Made by a program: the position numbers and the translations under genes
Assembly: GCA_965197645.1 (NCBI GenBank)
Contig: OZ240219.1
Coordinates: 1,472,001-1,536,000 of the forward strand
DNA: 64,000 bases
Reading direction: 5' to 3'
Origin: Dehalococcoidia bacterium
GTDB lineage: Bacteria; Chloroflexota; Dehalococcoidia; Plut-88900
In this document: positions 31,082 to 39,326 of the stretch, piece by piece
How the letters are laid out: each line of letters opens with the position of its first letter
How positions within the stretch are numbered: position 1 is the stretch's first letter
The notes under the pieces: model-generated
Database searches by the model: none
Told to the model about the DNA's origin: nothing
The model's input: the letters and a program-made list of their open reading frames with translations, nothing else

Positions 31082-32074
31082 ATGCCGATAAGAAAAGCCA
31101 GACTCCCCAGGACCTCGGGCATTCTCACCTTCGCCGGCGCCCAGCAAGCCACCATCGACGATCTGGAACCAGGAATGGTTGCCGTCTTCGGCGTTCCCTA
31201 CGAAAGCTCTTCGCCGACGAAGCTGGGGCCCCAGGATGCTCCCCGGGCCTATCGGGAGACCTCCAACTACTACCTGAGCAGCACCGACCCCGGTGCGCAG
31301 ACCATCGAGGTCAACACCCGGGAGAGGTTCGAGAACAAGCTGTTCTCCGGCAAGCTCCGGGACATCGGCGACCTGAGGGTTGCCCACCACGACTGGGCCA
31401 TGACCGAAGGCTGGACCAGAGATGCCGTCCACGGGATAGTCTCGCGAGGCGCTGTACCGGTGGGGTTGGGCGGGGACCATTTCGTCACCTACGGCCTGAT
31501 CCAGGGCTACAAGAAGGCCATATCGGGAGGGAACATCGGGTACATCCAGTTCTCCAGCCGCCTGGACATGGGGGGCGTAGACCCGGTGTGGGGGGAGGTG
31601 TGGCGGGGCGCCACGGTGCGCAGAATCATCGACTCGGGGATAGCGAGACCGGAAAACGTGGTCTGGATCGGCGCCAACGGCTACGTCCGCCTGGAGGAGT
31701 GGGAGAGGGCTAACGCGTTCCCAGACAACATCTTCACCGTCGAAGACGTGCAGCGAGATGGGATCGAGGCCGTTACCGCCAAGGCCCTGGAGATCGCCGG
31801 AAAGGGTACGGACGGAATCTACGCCAGCGTGGACATGGACGTGGTGGACGGAGGGTACGTGGCGATGACGGGTGCCCCTCAGCTGAACGGCCTTAGAAAC
31901 GTCGATATGTGGAACGCGATGGACGTGCTGGCAGCCGGCAAGGTCGGCGCCTTGGATCTGTGCGGTCTGAACCCCCTCATCGAGACGATGAGCCTGGGTA
32001 AGACGGGGCAGCGGTTCGGTACTCACCTGGTGCTCAGGTACGCACACGCCACGGTCGTGAAGCTGGCAAGTTAG
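31082..32074 (+). CDS. Ureohydrolase-fold protein 5, degenerate metal site
   Basis: GPQDAPRAYR, GGDH, QFSSRLD, SVDMDVVD, DLCGLNP (Glu lost). Confidence 0.88.
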   Translation: MPIRKARLPRTSGILTFAGAQQATIDDLEPGMVAVFGVPYESSSPTKLGPQDAPRAYRETSNYYLSSTDPGAQTIEVNTRERFENKLFSGKLRDIGDLRVAHHDWAMTEGWTRDAVHGIVSRGAVPVGLGGDHFVTYGLIQGYKKAISGGNIGYIQFSSRLDMGGVDPVWGEVWRGATVRRIIDSGIARPENVVWIGANGYVRLEEWERANAFPDNIFTVEDVQRDGIEAVTAKALEIAGKGTDGIYASVDMDVVDGGYVAMTGAPQLNGLRNVDMWNAMDVLAAGKVGALDLCGLNPLIETMSLGKTGQRFGTHLVLRYAHATVVKLAS

Positions 32075-32076
32075 AC

Positions 32077-33072
32077 ATGACCCAGTCCCACCACATAGGC
32101 ATGCCACATGGCCAGGCTACTTTCCTGGACTCGTCCCTGGTCGGGTTGGACCAGGTGAGACCTGGAATGGTGGTCATAGGAGGAGCGCCTCACGATAGCA
32201 CCCACACCAGCCGCTTCGGCGCCAGGATGGGTCCCCGGGGCATAAGAGACGGCTCCCTGGCCCTGGCAAGGACCATTCATCAAGGGGGCGCCGATGGGAT
32301 AGTGGACGTATCCTCCGGCGCCAGGCTGATGCCCTCCCAGCAGGCTCGCCTGGTCGACGTTGGGGACTACAACGTCTACCCGTCGGACGTGATGAAATCC
32401 ACCGAAGGCATCGCCGGGGGAGTGAAAGAGGTGGTCAAGAAGGGCGGATTCTCGGTATGCCTGGGCGGCGACCACTACGTCGGATACCCTTCCTGCCTTG
32501 GCTACGTTCGCGCCCTCGAGGAGATGGGCGACAAGCCCAGGATCGGCTACATCCACATCGACGGCCACTCCGACTTCTACGACGAGGCTACCCCCTGGGG
32601 CAAGTACAACCATGGCACCAACGCCCGTCGTATCTCCGAGCTTGGACTGATCAGCAAGGCCAACATGGTCTGGATAGGCCTACAGGGGTGGGAGTCGGAG
32701 AGTATCATCACAACCATCGAGGGCAACGGCGGTAAGATTTTCACCGCCGAGAACGTCCACCAGCGGGGACCCGTAGAGGTTGCTCGGGCCGCCGGGGAGC
32801 ACGCCAGCGCCGGGTGCGACTTCATCTACATGTCGGTGGACATCGATTTCATCGATACCGGATTCTTCCCCGCTACCGGCTCCGTTGTGAACGATGCCAT
32901 AACCCCGGAGATCATGGCCACCATCCTGAGAGAGCTGACCCGGTACCCCATCGGCGCCGTGGACTTCGTCGAGGTATCGCCGCGCATCGATCCTAGTGGA
33001 AGGTCGATGGTGATGTCCTCGGAGCTGCTGATGGCCCTCCTGGCGCCCAAACTCTTCGATTTTCAGACGTAA
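32077..33072 (+). CDS. Ureohydrolase 6, metal motifs intact
   Basis: PHD..GARMGPRGIR, GGDH, HIDGHSD, HGT, SVDIDFID, VEVSP. Confidence 0.92.
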   Translation: MTQSHHIGMPHGQATFLDSSLVGLDQVRPGMVVIGGAPHDSTHTSRFGARMGPRGIRDGSLALARTIHQGGADGIVDVSSGARLMPSQQARLVDVGDYNVYPSDVMKSTEGIAGGVKEVVKKGGFSVCLGGDHYVGYPSCLGYVRALEEMGDKPRIGYIHIDGHSDFYDEATPWGKYNHGTNARRISELGLISKANMVWIGLQGWESESIITTIEGNGGKIFTAENVHQRGPVEVARAAGEHASAGCDFIYMSVDIDFIDTGFFPATGSVVNDAITPEIMATILRELTRYPIGAVDFVEVSPRIDPSGRSMVMSSELLMALLAPKLFDFQT

Positions 33073-33167
33073 CGCTCCGGGCCGGCGCACAACCCCGGCC
33101 CTGCCTGCTATTGCCGGGCCGCGTTCTGCTCGGTAGAGTATCGGTACAGGCCCGATAGGAGGAGGAG

Positions 33168-33368
33168 ATGAGCAAGTTCAAGAAGGGTGACAAGGTACGC
33201 ATCCGGCGGTTTGGCGCGGAGGGAACCGTCGTAAAAGCAGGGGCCAAGATGGCGCCCCAGTATTCAAGGGACCTGTCCAATGTTGAGCAGCTCTGGCTGG
33301 TGAAGTTGGAAGGCCGGGGCTACCCGAGGTTGCTGGCAGAGTCGCTTCTGGAGCCTATCGAAGGGTAG
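33168..33368 (+). CDS. Small hypothetical protein (KOW/SH3-like)
   Basis: Strong AGGAGG SD; SKFKKGDKVRI..GTVV KOW-like pattern; 66 aa. Confidence 0.65.
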   Translation: MSKFKKGDKVRIRRFGAEGTVVKAGAKMAPQYSRDLSNVEQLWLVKLEGRGYPRLLAESLLEPIEG

Positions 33369-33449
33369 GGTTACACATGCGCCTGCTTGATGCGGGCTCA
33401 AGCCTAGCCCCACCCCAGGCGGTTCTTCCCTTCCACCCGCCTTGGTCGG

Positions 33450-33502
33450 GTCATACCGAGTCCATCGAAGAATCCTCTTTGGCGGAGTCTGAGGGACACC
33501 CC
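33450..33502. repeat. Composite dispersed repeat
   Basis: 5' part matches 17442-17479; the 3' part TCTGAGGGACACCC matches 63176-63189. Confidence 0.6.
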
Positions 33503-33703
33503 TGGAAGTAATACTTTCGTAACACGATACTCACTACCCTGACTCCAGCTTCGAGTGACGAGACCCGGAGACCGGCCGAAAAGATGACAACATTCACGCC
33601 TGCGATGCATGAAACTCCCGGAGTTTGGCGCCGTCCCGTCGATGGGACTAGGCCGGCGTTCCAGGGCGCTTTTCCAGGCCCTTCGATCCGCCTGGGTAAG
33701 GGG

Positions 33704-33771
33704 TTGACAAAGCAAAGCGCAATGTTAATATTGTCACGAATTGTCACGGGCTTGACATCTAGTGTTACGAT
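33704..33771 (+). promoter_or_regulatory. Promoter region of the S-layer-like gene with about 10-bp periodic TGTCAC-like boxes
   Basis: TTGACA (33704), 16 nt, TAATAT with extended TG; TTGTCACG direct repeat at 33731 and 33741; a second TG-n-TACGAT at 33763. Confidence 0.6.
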
Positions 33772-33995
33772 ATTCGAACGGAATCTTAGAATCGGTTTAA
33801 AATCAGTTTGATGGGCCGCCGCCGGATGAGGGACGTACACCGGGCGGCTTGTTGCTGTATCAAGGAGGTGTGATATTGGCCCACTGTCCCGGAGGAGCGT
33901 TGGGACTCTCCCAACACCGGCTTTTTTCAGCACTATTCAGCACTATTTTTTAGTGGTTGCCGAATCCCAGACGACGATACAAGAAAGGGGCTAAC

Positions 33996-36900
33996 ATGAG
34001 TAAGAAGGGTAAGATACTGTCCATAGCGGCGGTATTGTTTTTGGTCTTATCCTTGGTGGCAGTTGTGCCGGCGGCCATCACCGGCGCTCAGACTGCCGGA
34101 ACAGTACAACTGAACAGGAGCGTCTACTCCCTGGCCGATGGCCAAGGGACGGATGACTTCGACAACGACGATGCGAAGTTCAACGTGGTTGAGGTTAAGG
34201 TGACCGACGCCGACCTCAACACCCTGAGGACGGCCACCGCCAGGTTCCTTACGCCGGACAATACAACATATGGCATTGGGAACACTGGTGCGCTCATTGC
34301 CGATGCCATCCAGGGACAGGACGTGATGGGCGAGACGCCCACCGGCGCTGTGGACGGCACCAACAGGATCTTCAAGGTTGCCAACACCGTCCTGGGCGAC
34401 AGGGCCAGCAGCACGGAAGATGTTGAAGGTCCCGACGGCCGTGTGGACACCGCTGACGTGACCGTCAGGGTTGGCGGCGTCAAGGTCGACGTAGTCGCCA
34501 TCGGTGCCTACACCGGAACCCATGATGCCGCGGATGACGCGGTCGAGTTGACCGACGCTGACGGCGGCTTCCCCGTACAGAATGCTGATGGTGGGCTCGT
34601 CGGCGGCACCGTTTACAACGTCACCGATGGGTCATCGGGTCCAATCACCGCCAACGACGCCACAACCATTACAGCGAAACTAGGCGGTGGCGACGACGAC
34701 GACTGGGACACCGACGACGTCTACACCATCACGGAGCCTTCGGGTACCCACACTGGGGATGATGGCCAAGAAACGGTTTTGACCGATGCCAGCGCCAGCT
34801 TCCCTACGGAAGATCTGAACAACCCGGTCACTCCGGACGACCCGGCGGACGATGACGGACTCCTGATTGGTGGTACGGTGTACAACATCACCGATGGATC
34901 ATCGGGTACAATCACCGATAACACCGCCACGACCATAACAGTGGGCGGGCGCCTGTCAAACACTGACGACCCTGATTCCGAAAATGACTGGGACACGGGC
35001 GACGTCTACGTTATAAACCGGGCCGTTAACAACGCCGCTCTCGGGATGGTGGCCCTGGCAGAGGCGCCGAGGGTCGGCTCCGCCATCACCGTGGACTACA
35101 ACTTCTACGAGTTCGATAGGGCGAACCCGGAGGACAGCCCCATCAACGCCGTAGCCTTGGTGAAGCGTGGCGACGCCACCCTGGGCGTCAGCCACTTCAA
35201 CTCCGGGGACGGCATAGTTGAAATAACCACTCTACCAGCGGGCTCTGGCACGTTGGCGATCACCTTCAGCTACAACCTGATCGACACCATCTCCGACGTG
35301 CCCATATCCAGTGACAGCACCCGGCTGGCCGGCGCCGAGAGGACGATCGACCTGAAAGAGACTGAACATGGCAGCGGTGTCTTCACAGGCGAGAAGATAC
35401 TGCAGGATGCCGGTGTCGACGACGACGAGATTGATGACGAGATGCTCCAGGTGGCCGACGGCGACACCATCATGGTGTCCTACAGCGATGCCAGCCCCCT
35501 CGGCAGCCGGGTGGACACCGCCGTCGTCGACCTGACGGCGCCCGTCATAACCCTGGTGGAGCCGGAGAACAACCTCTCCACCCAGGACCCCACCCCCAGC
35601 TTTACGGTTGAGGTAACCGACGCTGTGGCGCCCATCACTGACGCCGACTCGGTCAGCCTGATAATATCCGGCCAGACCGTGAGCGCCGCCAAGACCAACG
35701 TGGTGGGCGGTTTCCGCCTCAGCTACCTCCAGGCCTCGCCATTCGCCGATGGGCCGGTGAGTTGGCACGTGTCCGCCGAGGACGCCGTCGGCAACGACGT
35801 CGCCGTTAACACGGGTACGGAGGAAGAGAAAGCATACCAGCTGGGAAGCAGCGAGAATCCCTTCACGGTGACCGTCGACAACACGTCGATAGCCGCCATG
35901 GATTCGGTCAAGGCCGGCTTCGGCCTCAACGACGCTGGGAACATGAGGACGAGGAACGACAACACCGGCATCGAGATCACCTTCAACGAGGCCATAGACG
36001 GGGACAGCGTGGTCCCCGGCGACTTCAACGTGGTGGGAAGCCCGGACATCCTAAGCGCTCGCCACTCCGCTACCCAGAGGAACACCGAGAGCACGGACGA
36101 CGTGCTTGACGACGGCGAAAAGAAGGATGCGGAGGACGCGGTTGAGGCGAAGCCTGCGGTCTTGGATGACGAAACCACGGAAGGTGTGGACGAGAGCAGG
36201 GATGCTATTGAGGCGGCCGATGCGGTTGAGGCCAAGGATGCCATACCGGCCAGAACCGTCTACAGCCTCACCGAGTTCACCCCCATCGACACCAACGACG
36301 ACGGGAACGTGGACGAGGACGACGTCACGGCAACCGTGGACGGAGACGCTGAAAACGTCCTGTCCGTAGATGGCAGGAACGTGACTGTGGAGGGCCACCA
36401 CACCAAGACAGTGGCCATCACCTACACCTACGACTCCAACGCCCAGGTCTTCCTGAAAGTTGGAGCAGACCTGGACAGCGACGCCACACCGGCAGTCAGC
36501 CTTCCCGGCGACCTGCTTGACCTGGCGGGGAACAACGCAATTAGAGGGTTGCAGAGGACTGCATCCGACGACATCGCCCCCACCATCACCGTGACCCTCG
36601 ATGCCGATACGGTGGGCGACCCCGACAACAACGGCGATGCCGAGGGCACCGTGACCATCGTTTCCAGCGAAGCGCTGGCCGGAAAGCCCACCCTGTCCGA
36701 TAAAGGCACCTACACGGTCGTCGAGAAAAACGACGATGATGAAGATGTAGAGGTGGAAAAGACGACTAGGAACCCCGACTTCACCTTCGGCGACGTGACC
36801 AACGTGCCCGGCACCGCCACCCAGTGGACGGCCACCTACCGCTCCACCAAGTCGGCAGACTACGAGGTCACCGCATCGGGCACGGACAGTGCGAGCAACA

Positions 36901-37859
36901 TGGCCACCTCCGAGGCGGCGATGGTGAACGTCGACATCGATGACCCGGCGCTGGTCAAATTCACGCCGGCAGCGGTTGAAGAAGGCGAGGACCTCAACGT
37001 CTCCCTACAGGGTCTGGACAACGTCATCAGGGTCGAAGCCGACTTCGGCGAAGAGACCACGGTGATGAGCTCCATGCTCAACGGTGAGGACGTTTCGGCC
37101 AACACCTTCTCCGACGGCAACATCCAGATCCTCGCCCTCCCCGGCGAGGCCGATGACGAGGCTACGGAGGACGTAGACGAAGGCCTGCACACCTGGGTAA
37201 TCACCGTCCAGGACGCAGCGGGCAACGTCAGCGAAGAGGCGGAAGTCGCCTTCATGGTGGCAGCGCCCACAACCTTCACCATCCCGTTGGAGCCCGGCTG
37301 GAACCTGATCTCGGTCCCCGGTAGGCTCGACGCCGCCACACCCGGCAAGGTGTTCGGCAACGAGTCGCCGAGCGTGACCAAGGTCCGCACCTGGAACTCC
37401 ACAGACGGATGGCTGGTCTCCTCCTTCGTCCCCGGTGAGGCCGATGACCCGATGACCGAGGACGTAGACGAGTCGACCGAGAGCGCATGGGTTGGAGACA
37501 TCCTGGCCCTCAAGCAAGGCTTGGGCTACTGGGTACTCTCCGCCACCGCCGAGGACGTGCCAGTTCTCCTACGGCGCTTGGCCGGCATTCCCGCGGCCCC
37601 TCGGGCCCAGTCCCTCGATGCCGGCTGGAACCTCGTAGGTCCCCAGTTCTTCAACCTGCCGCCTCCCAAGGCTGACGACATCGCCGATCTGGACGCCGAT
37701 GACTACTTCATCAGCGTGGAGTGGAGCGTTGCCTACGGCTTCGATCCAGACCCGAGCGTGGGATTCCAGCGGATCGCACCAAAATCCACTGAGGACAACC
37801 TCCACGCAGGCAGCGGTTACTGGGTCTTCCTAACCGAGGCTGGAGAGCTGATACCGTAG
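33996..37859 (+). CDS. Large acidic secreted surface (S-layer-like) protein with Ig-like domains
   Basis: Signal peptide MSKKGKILSIAAVLFLVLSLVAVVPA; Asp/Thr-rich with no Cys; Ig-like D-x-x-AP...D-x-x-GN modules; C-terminal GWNL/GYWV repeats; AAAGGGG SD before ATG 33996. Confidence 0.75.
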   Translation: MSKKGKILSIAAVLFLVLSLVAVVPAAITGAQTAGTVQLNRSVYSLADGQGTDDFDNDDAKFNVVEVKVTDADLNTLRTATARFLTPDNTTYGIGNTGALIADAIQGQDVMGETPTGAVDGTNRIFKVANTVLGDRASSTEDVEGPDGRVDTADVTVRVGGVKVDVVAIGAYTGTHDAADDAVELTDADGGFPVQNADGGLVGGTVYNVTDGSSGPITANDATTITAKLGGGDDDDWDTDDVYTITEPSGTHTGDDGQETVLTDASASFPTEDLNNPVTPDDPADDDGLLIGGTVYNITDGSSGTITDNTATTITVGGRLSNTDDPDSENDWDTGDVYVINRAVNNAALGMVALAEAPRVGSAITVDYNFYEFDRANPEDSPINAVALVKRGDATLGVSHFNSGDGIVEITTLPAGSGTLAITFSYNLIDTISDVPISSDSTRLAGAERTIDLKETEHGSGVFTGEKILQDAGVDDDEIDDEMLQVADGDTIMVSYSDASPLGSRVDTAVVDLTAPVITLVEPENNLSTQDPTPSFTVEVTDAVAPITDADSVSLIISGQTVSAAKTNVVGGFRLSYLQASPFADGPVSWHVSAEDAVGNDVAVNTGTEEEKAYQLGSSENPFTVTVDNTSIAAMDSVKAGFGLNDAGNMRTRNDNTGIEITFNEAIDGDSVVPGDFNVVGSPDILSARHSATQRNTESTDDVLDDGEKKDAEDAVEAKPAVLDDETTEGVDESRDAIEAADAVEAKDAIPARTVYSLTEFTPIDTNDDGNVDEDDVTATVDGDAENVLSVDGRNVTVEGHHTKTVAITYTYDSNAQVFLKVGADLDSDATPAVSLPGDLLDLAGNNAIRGLQRTASDDIAPTITVTLDADTVGDPDNNGDAEGTVTIVSSEALAGKPTLSDKGTYTVVEKNDDDEDVEVEKTTRNPDFTFGDVTNVPGTATQWTATYRSTKSADYEVTASGTDSASNMATSEAAMVNVDIDDPALVKFTPAAVEEGEDLNVSLQGLDNVIRVEADFGEETTVMSSMLNGEDVSANTFSDGNIQILALPGEADDEATEDVDEGLHTWVITVQDAAGNVSEEAEVAFMVAAPTTFTIPLEPGWNLISVPGRLDAATPGKVFGNESPSVTKVRTWNSTDGWLVSSFVPGEADDPMTEDVDESTESAWVGDILALKQGLGYWVLSATAEDVPVLLRRLAGIPAAPRAQSLDAGWNLVGPQFFNLPPPKADDIADLDADDYFISVEWSVAYGFDPDPSVGFQRIAPKSTEDNLHAGSGYWVFLTEAGELIP

Positions 37860-37885
37860 TAGGATAGCCGTTACGAATGGATAAC

Positions 37886-37929
37886 AACCCCTCCCTCCCC
37901 GCCGACGTGGGGAGGGAGGGGTTTGCTTT
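37886..37929 (+). terminator. Intrinsic terminator after the S-layer-like gene
   Basis: AACCCCTCCCTCCCC/GGGGAGGGAGGGGTT 15-bp stem followed by TGCTTT. Confidence 0.8.
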
Positions 37930-37955
37930 AGCAGACGATTAACGTAGTTCCGACA

Positions 37956-38495
37956 ATGGAAGCAACCAACAAGATCCATCGTAGAGTGGCAGGGCCCGTG
38001 CGGTTGACGCTGGTGGGAGCGGTCATCGTTGGCCTGCTGACGGTGGGCCTCTGGCTAACCTCTACGGAAGCATCGGCCCAGCCACCCTTCCCCATCGTCT
38101 ACTCAGGCCGGGCGTTTATCGGCGGAGAGCCGGCCCCCGTCGGCACGATGATAACGGGACGCATCGCCAACACCGAATCCCGGCCGGTGATAGTCAGCGA
38201 TGGAAGATACCTACTACTGGTAGTTGACCCATCCCTCGAGTACGAGCACAGCGAGGATGCAGCGGGCCTACTCATCACCTTCTATGCCGATGGTGTGCGC
38301 GCCGTAGAGACGGACAGGTACGAAGAGGGGACATTCATAGAGAAGCAATTGGACCTTCACTTCCCCGAGCTGCCCCTCGCCGGAGATGATACCCTCAACC
38401 TGCTGTGGCCGATTGCGGCGGGACTGGGCGCGCTTAGCCTAGCGGCCGGGGTTGGGATACTGGTCTGGTCGCCCAGGTGTAAACGGACAAGCTAG
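37956..38495 (+). CDS. Secreted protein with LPxTG-like (LPLAG) sorting signal
   Basis: Signal peptide ending ASA-Q; C-terminal LPLAG, TM helix and basic tail RCKR. Confidence 0.7.
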   Translation: MEATNKIHRRVAGPVRLTLVGAVIVGLLTVGLWLTSTEASAQPPFPIVYSGRAFIGGEPAPVGTMITGRIANTESRPVIVSDGRYLLLVVDPSLEYEHSEDAAGLLITFYADGVRAVETDRYEEGTFIEKQLDLHFPELPLAGDDTLNLLWPIAAGLGALSLAAGVGILVWSPRCKRTS

Positions 38496-38500
38496 CGGTA

Positions 38501-39148
38501 CTAGCTGCGGTCTTCTAGGACCACGGCCTGGGTCTGCTGAGGAAGGGAGGTGGGGGTCACGTGGAGACGTCTCTGGACCTCGTACTCCTTGGCACCCATC
38601 TCCTTTATGAACCGCTTCAGTGTGTCCGGCTCTTCCTCTTCCTTGGGGTTTGACCATGGGTAGGCCATGGGTATCACCAGCTTGGGCTCCAGCAGGCTTA
38701 TGGTGTCCATAGCCGGCCTGAACGTCTCCGGATCCCCGATAGGCACCAGCAAGACGCTGACCTCGCTCAGTCGCTCCGTGTGCTCCGAGGTTAGAGGACT
38801 GTTCAGCTCGCCCAAGTGGCAGACCACCAGGCTTTCCAGCTCGATGGTGTAGACGGTGTTCTTCTCCCGGGTTATCTCGCCCTCATCGCTTCTTATATGG
38901 TAGGGTGTACCGACACCGGTGAGGAACACGTTGGCGACCTCGTACTCGCCGGGGCCATTGACCACGTGAGGGTAGCGGCCGCCGGCCAGAGATAGCCCGT
39001 TAGCCATGTGAGGTCGGCTGAGGGTTATAGCTGTGATCTCCTGGCCTTTCAGAGTCTTGTCTATCGCCTCCCCGTCGGGATCGGTTACAACGGTAACATC
39101 GCGTCCGCGGACGCTGAAACATCGATTGCCCAGCCAAGTTAGGTCCAA
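38501..39148 (-). CDS. Metallo-beta-lactamase-fold protein (Lactamase_B_3-like), degenerate metal motif
   Basis: LTWLG, VVTDP, GPGEYEV, VCHLGEL, LLVPIG, LEPKLVIPM; HxHxDH region reads SRPHMANG. Confidence 0.8.
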   Translation of the reverse strand: MDLTWLGNRCFSVRGRDVTVVTDPDGEAIDKTLKGQEITAITLSRPHMANGLSLAGGRYPHVVNGPGEYEVANVFLTGVGTPYHIRSDEGEITREKNTVYTIELESLVVCHLGELNSPLTSEHTERLSEVSVLLVPIGDPETFRPAMDTISLLEPKLVIPMAYPWSNPKEEEEPDTLKRFIKEMGAKEYEVQRRLHVTPTSLPQQTQAVVLEDRS

Positions 39149-39221
39149 GTGGGATGCCTCGCAGCTATGTGTAGTTCGCCTAGAATCCAGTATATGAAGC
39201 AGCCATAACTAACGCAAGCTC

Positions 39222-39250
39222 TTGACAGTGGAGACAACCGATGCTACAGT
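39222..39250 (+). promoter_or_regulatory. sigma70 promoter of the hrcA operon
   Basis: TTGACA, 17 nt, TACAGT with extended TG. Confidence 0.75.
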
Positions 39251-39259
39251 CAAACAACC

Positions 39260-39286
39260 CTGGCAGTCCTACCCGAAGAGTGCCAG
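39260..39286. promoter_or_regulatory. CIRCE operator (HrcA site)
   Basis: CTGGCAGTC-N9-GAGTGCCAG versus consensus TTAGCACTC-N9-GAGTGCTAA, between the promoter and hrcA. Confidence 0.85.
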
Positions 39287-39326
39287 ACCGGACAGAAATT
39301 GGCCTACTCTTATGAAGGAGGCCTTT

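Noticed and set aside
33815-33862. Guanidine-III-like pseudoknot (CCGGATGAGG..CCGG..TGTATC)
   Set aside because: It lacks the conserved CGAGG and 3' linker as I recall them, and it precedes the surface protein rather than guanidine genes. An Rfam scan would be needed.
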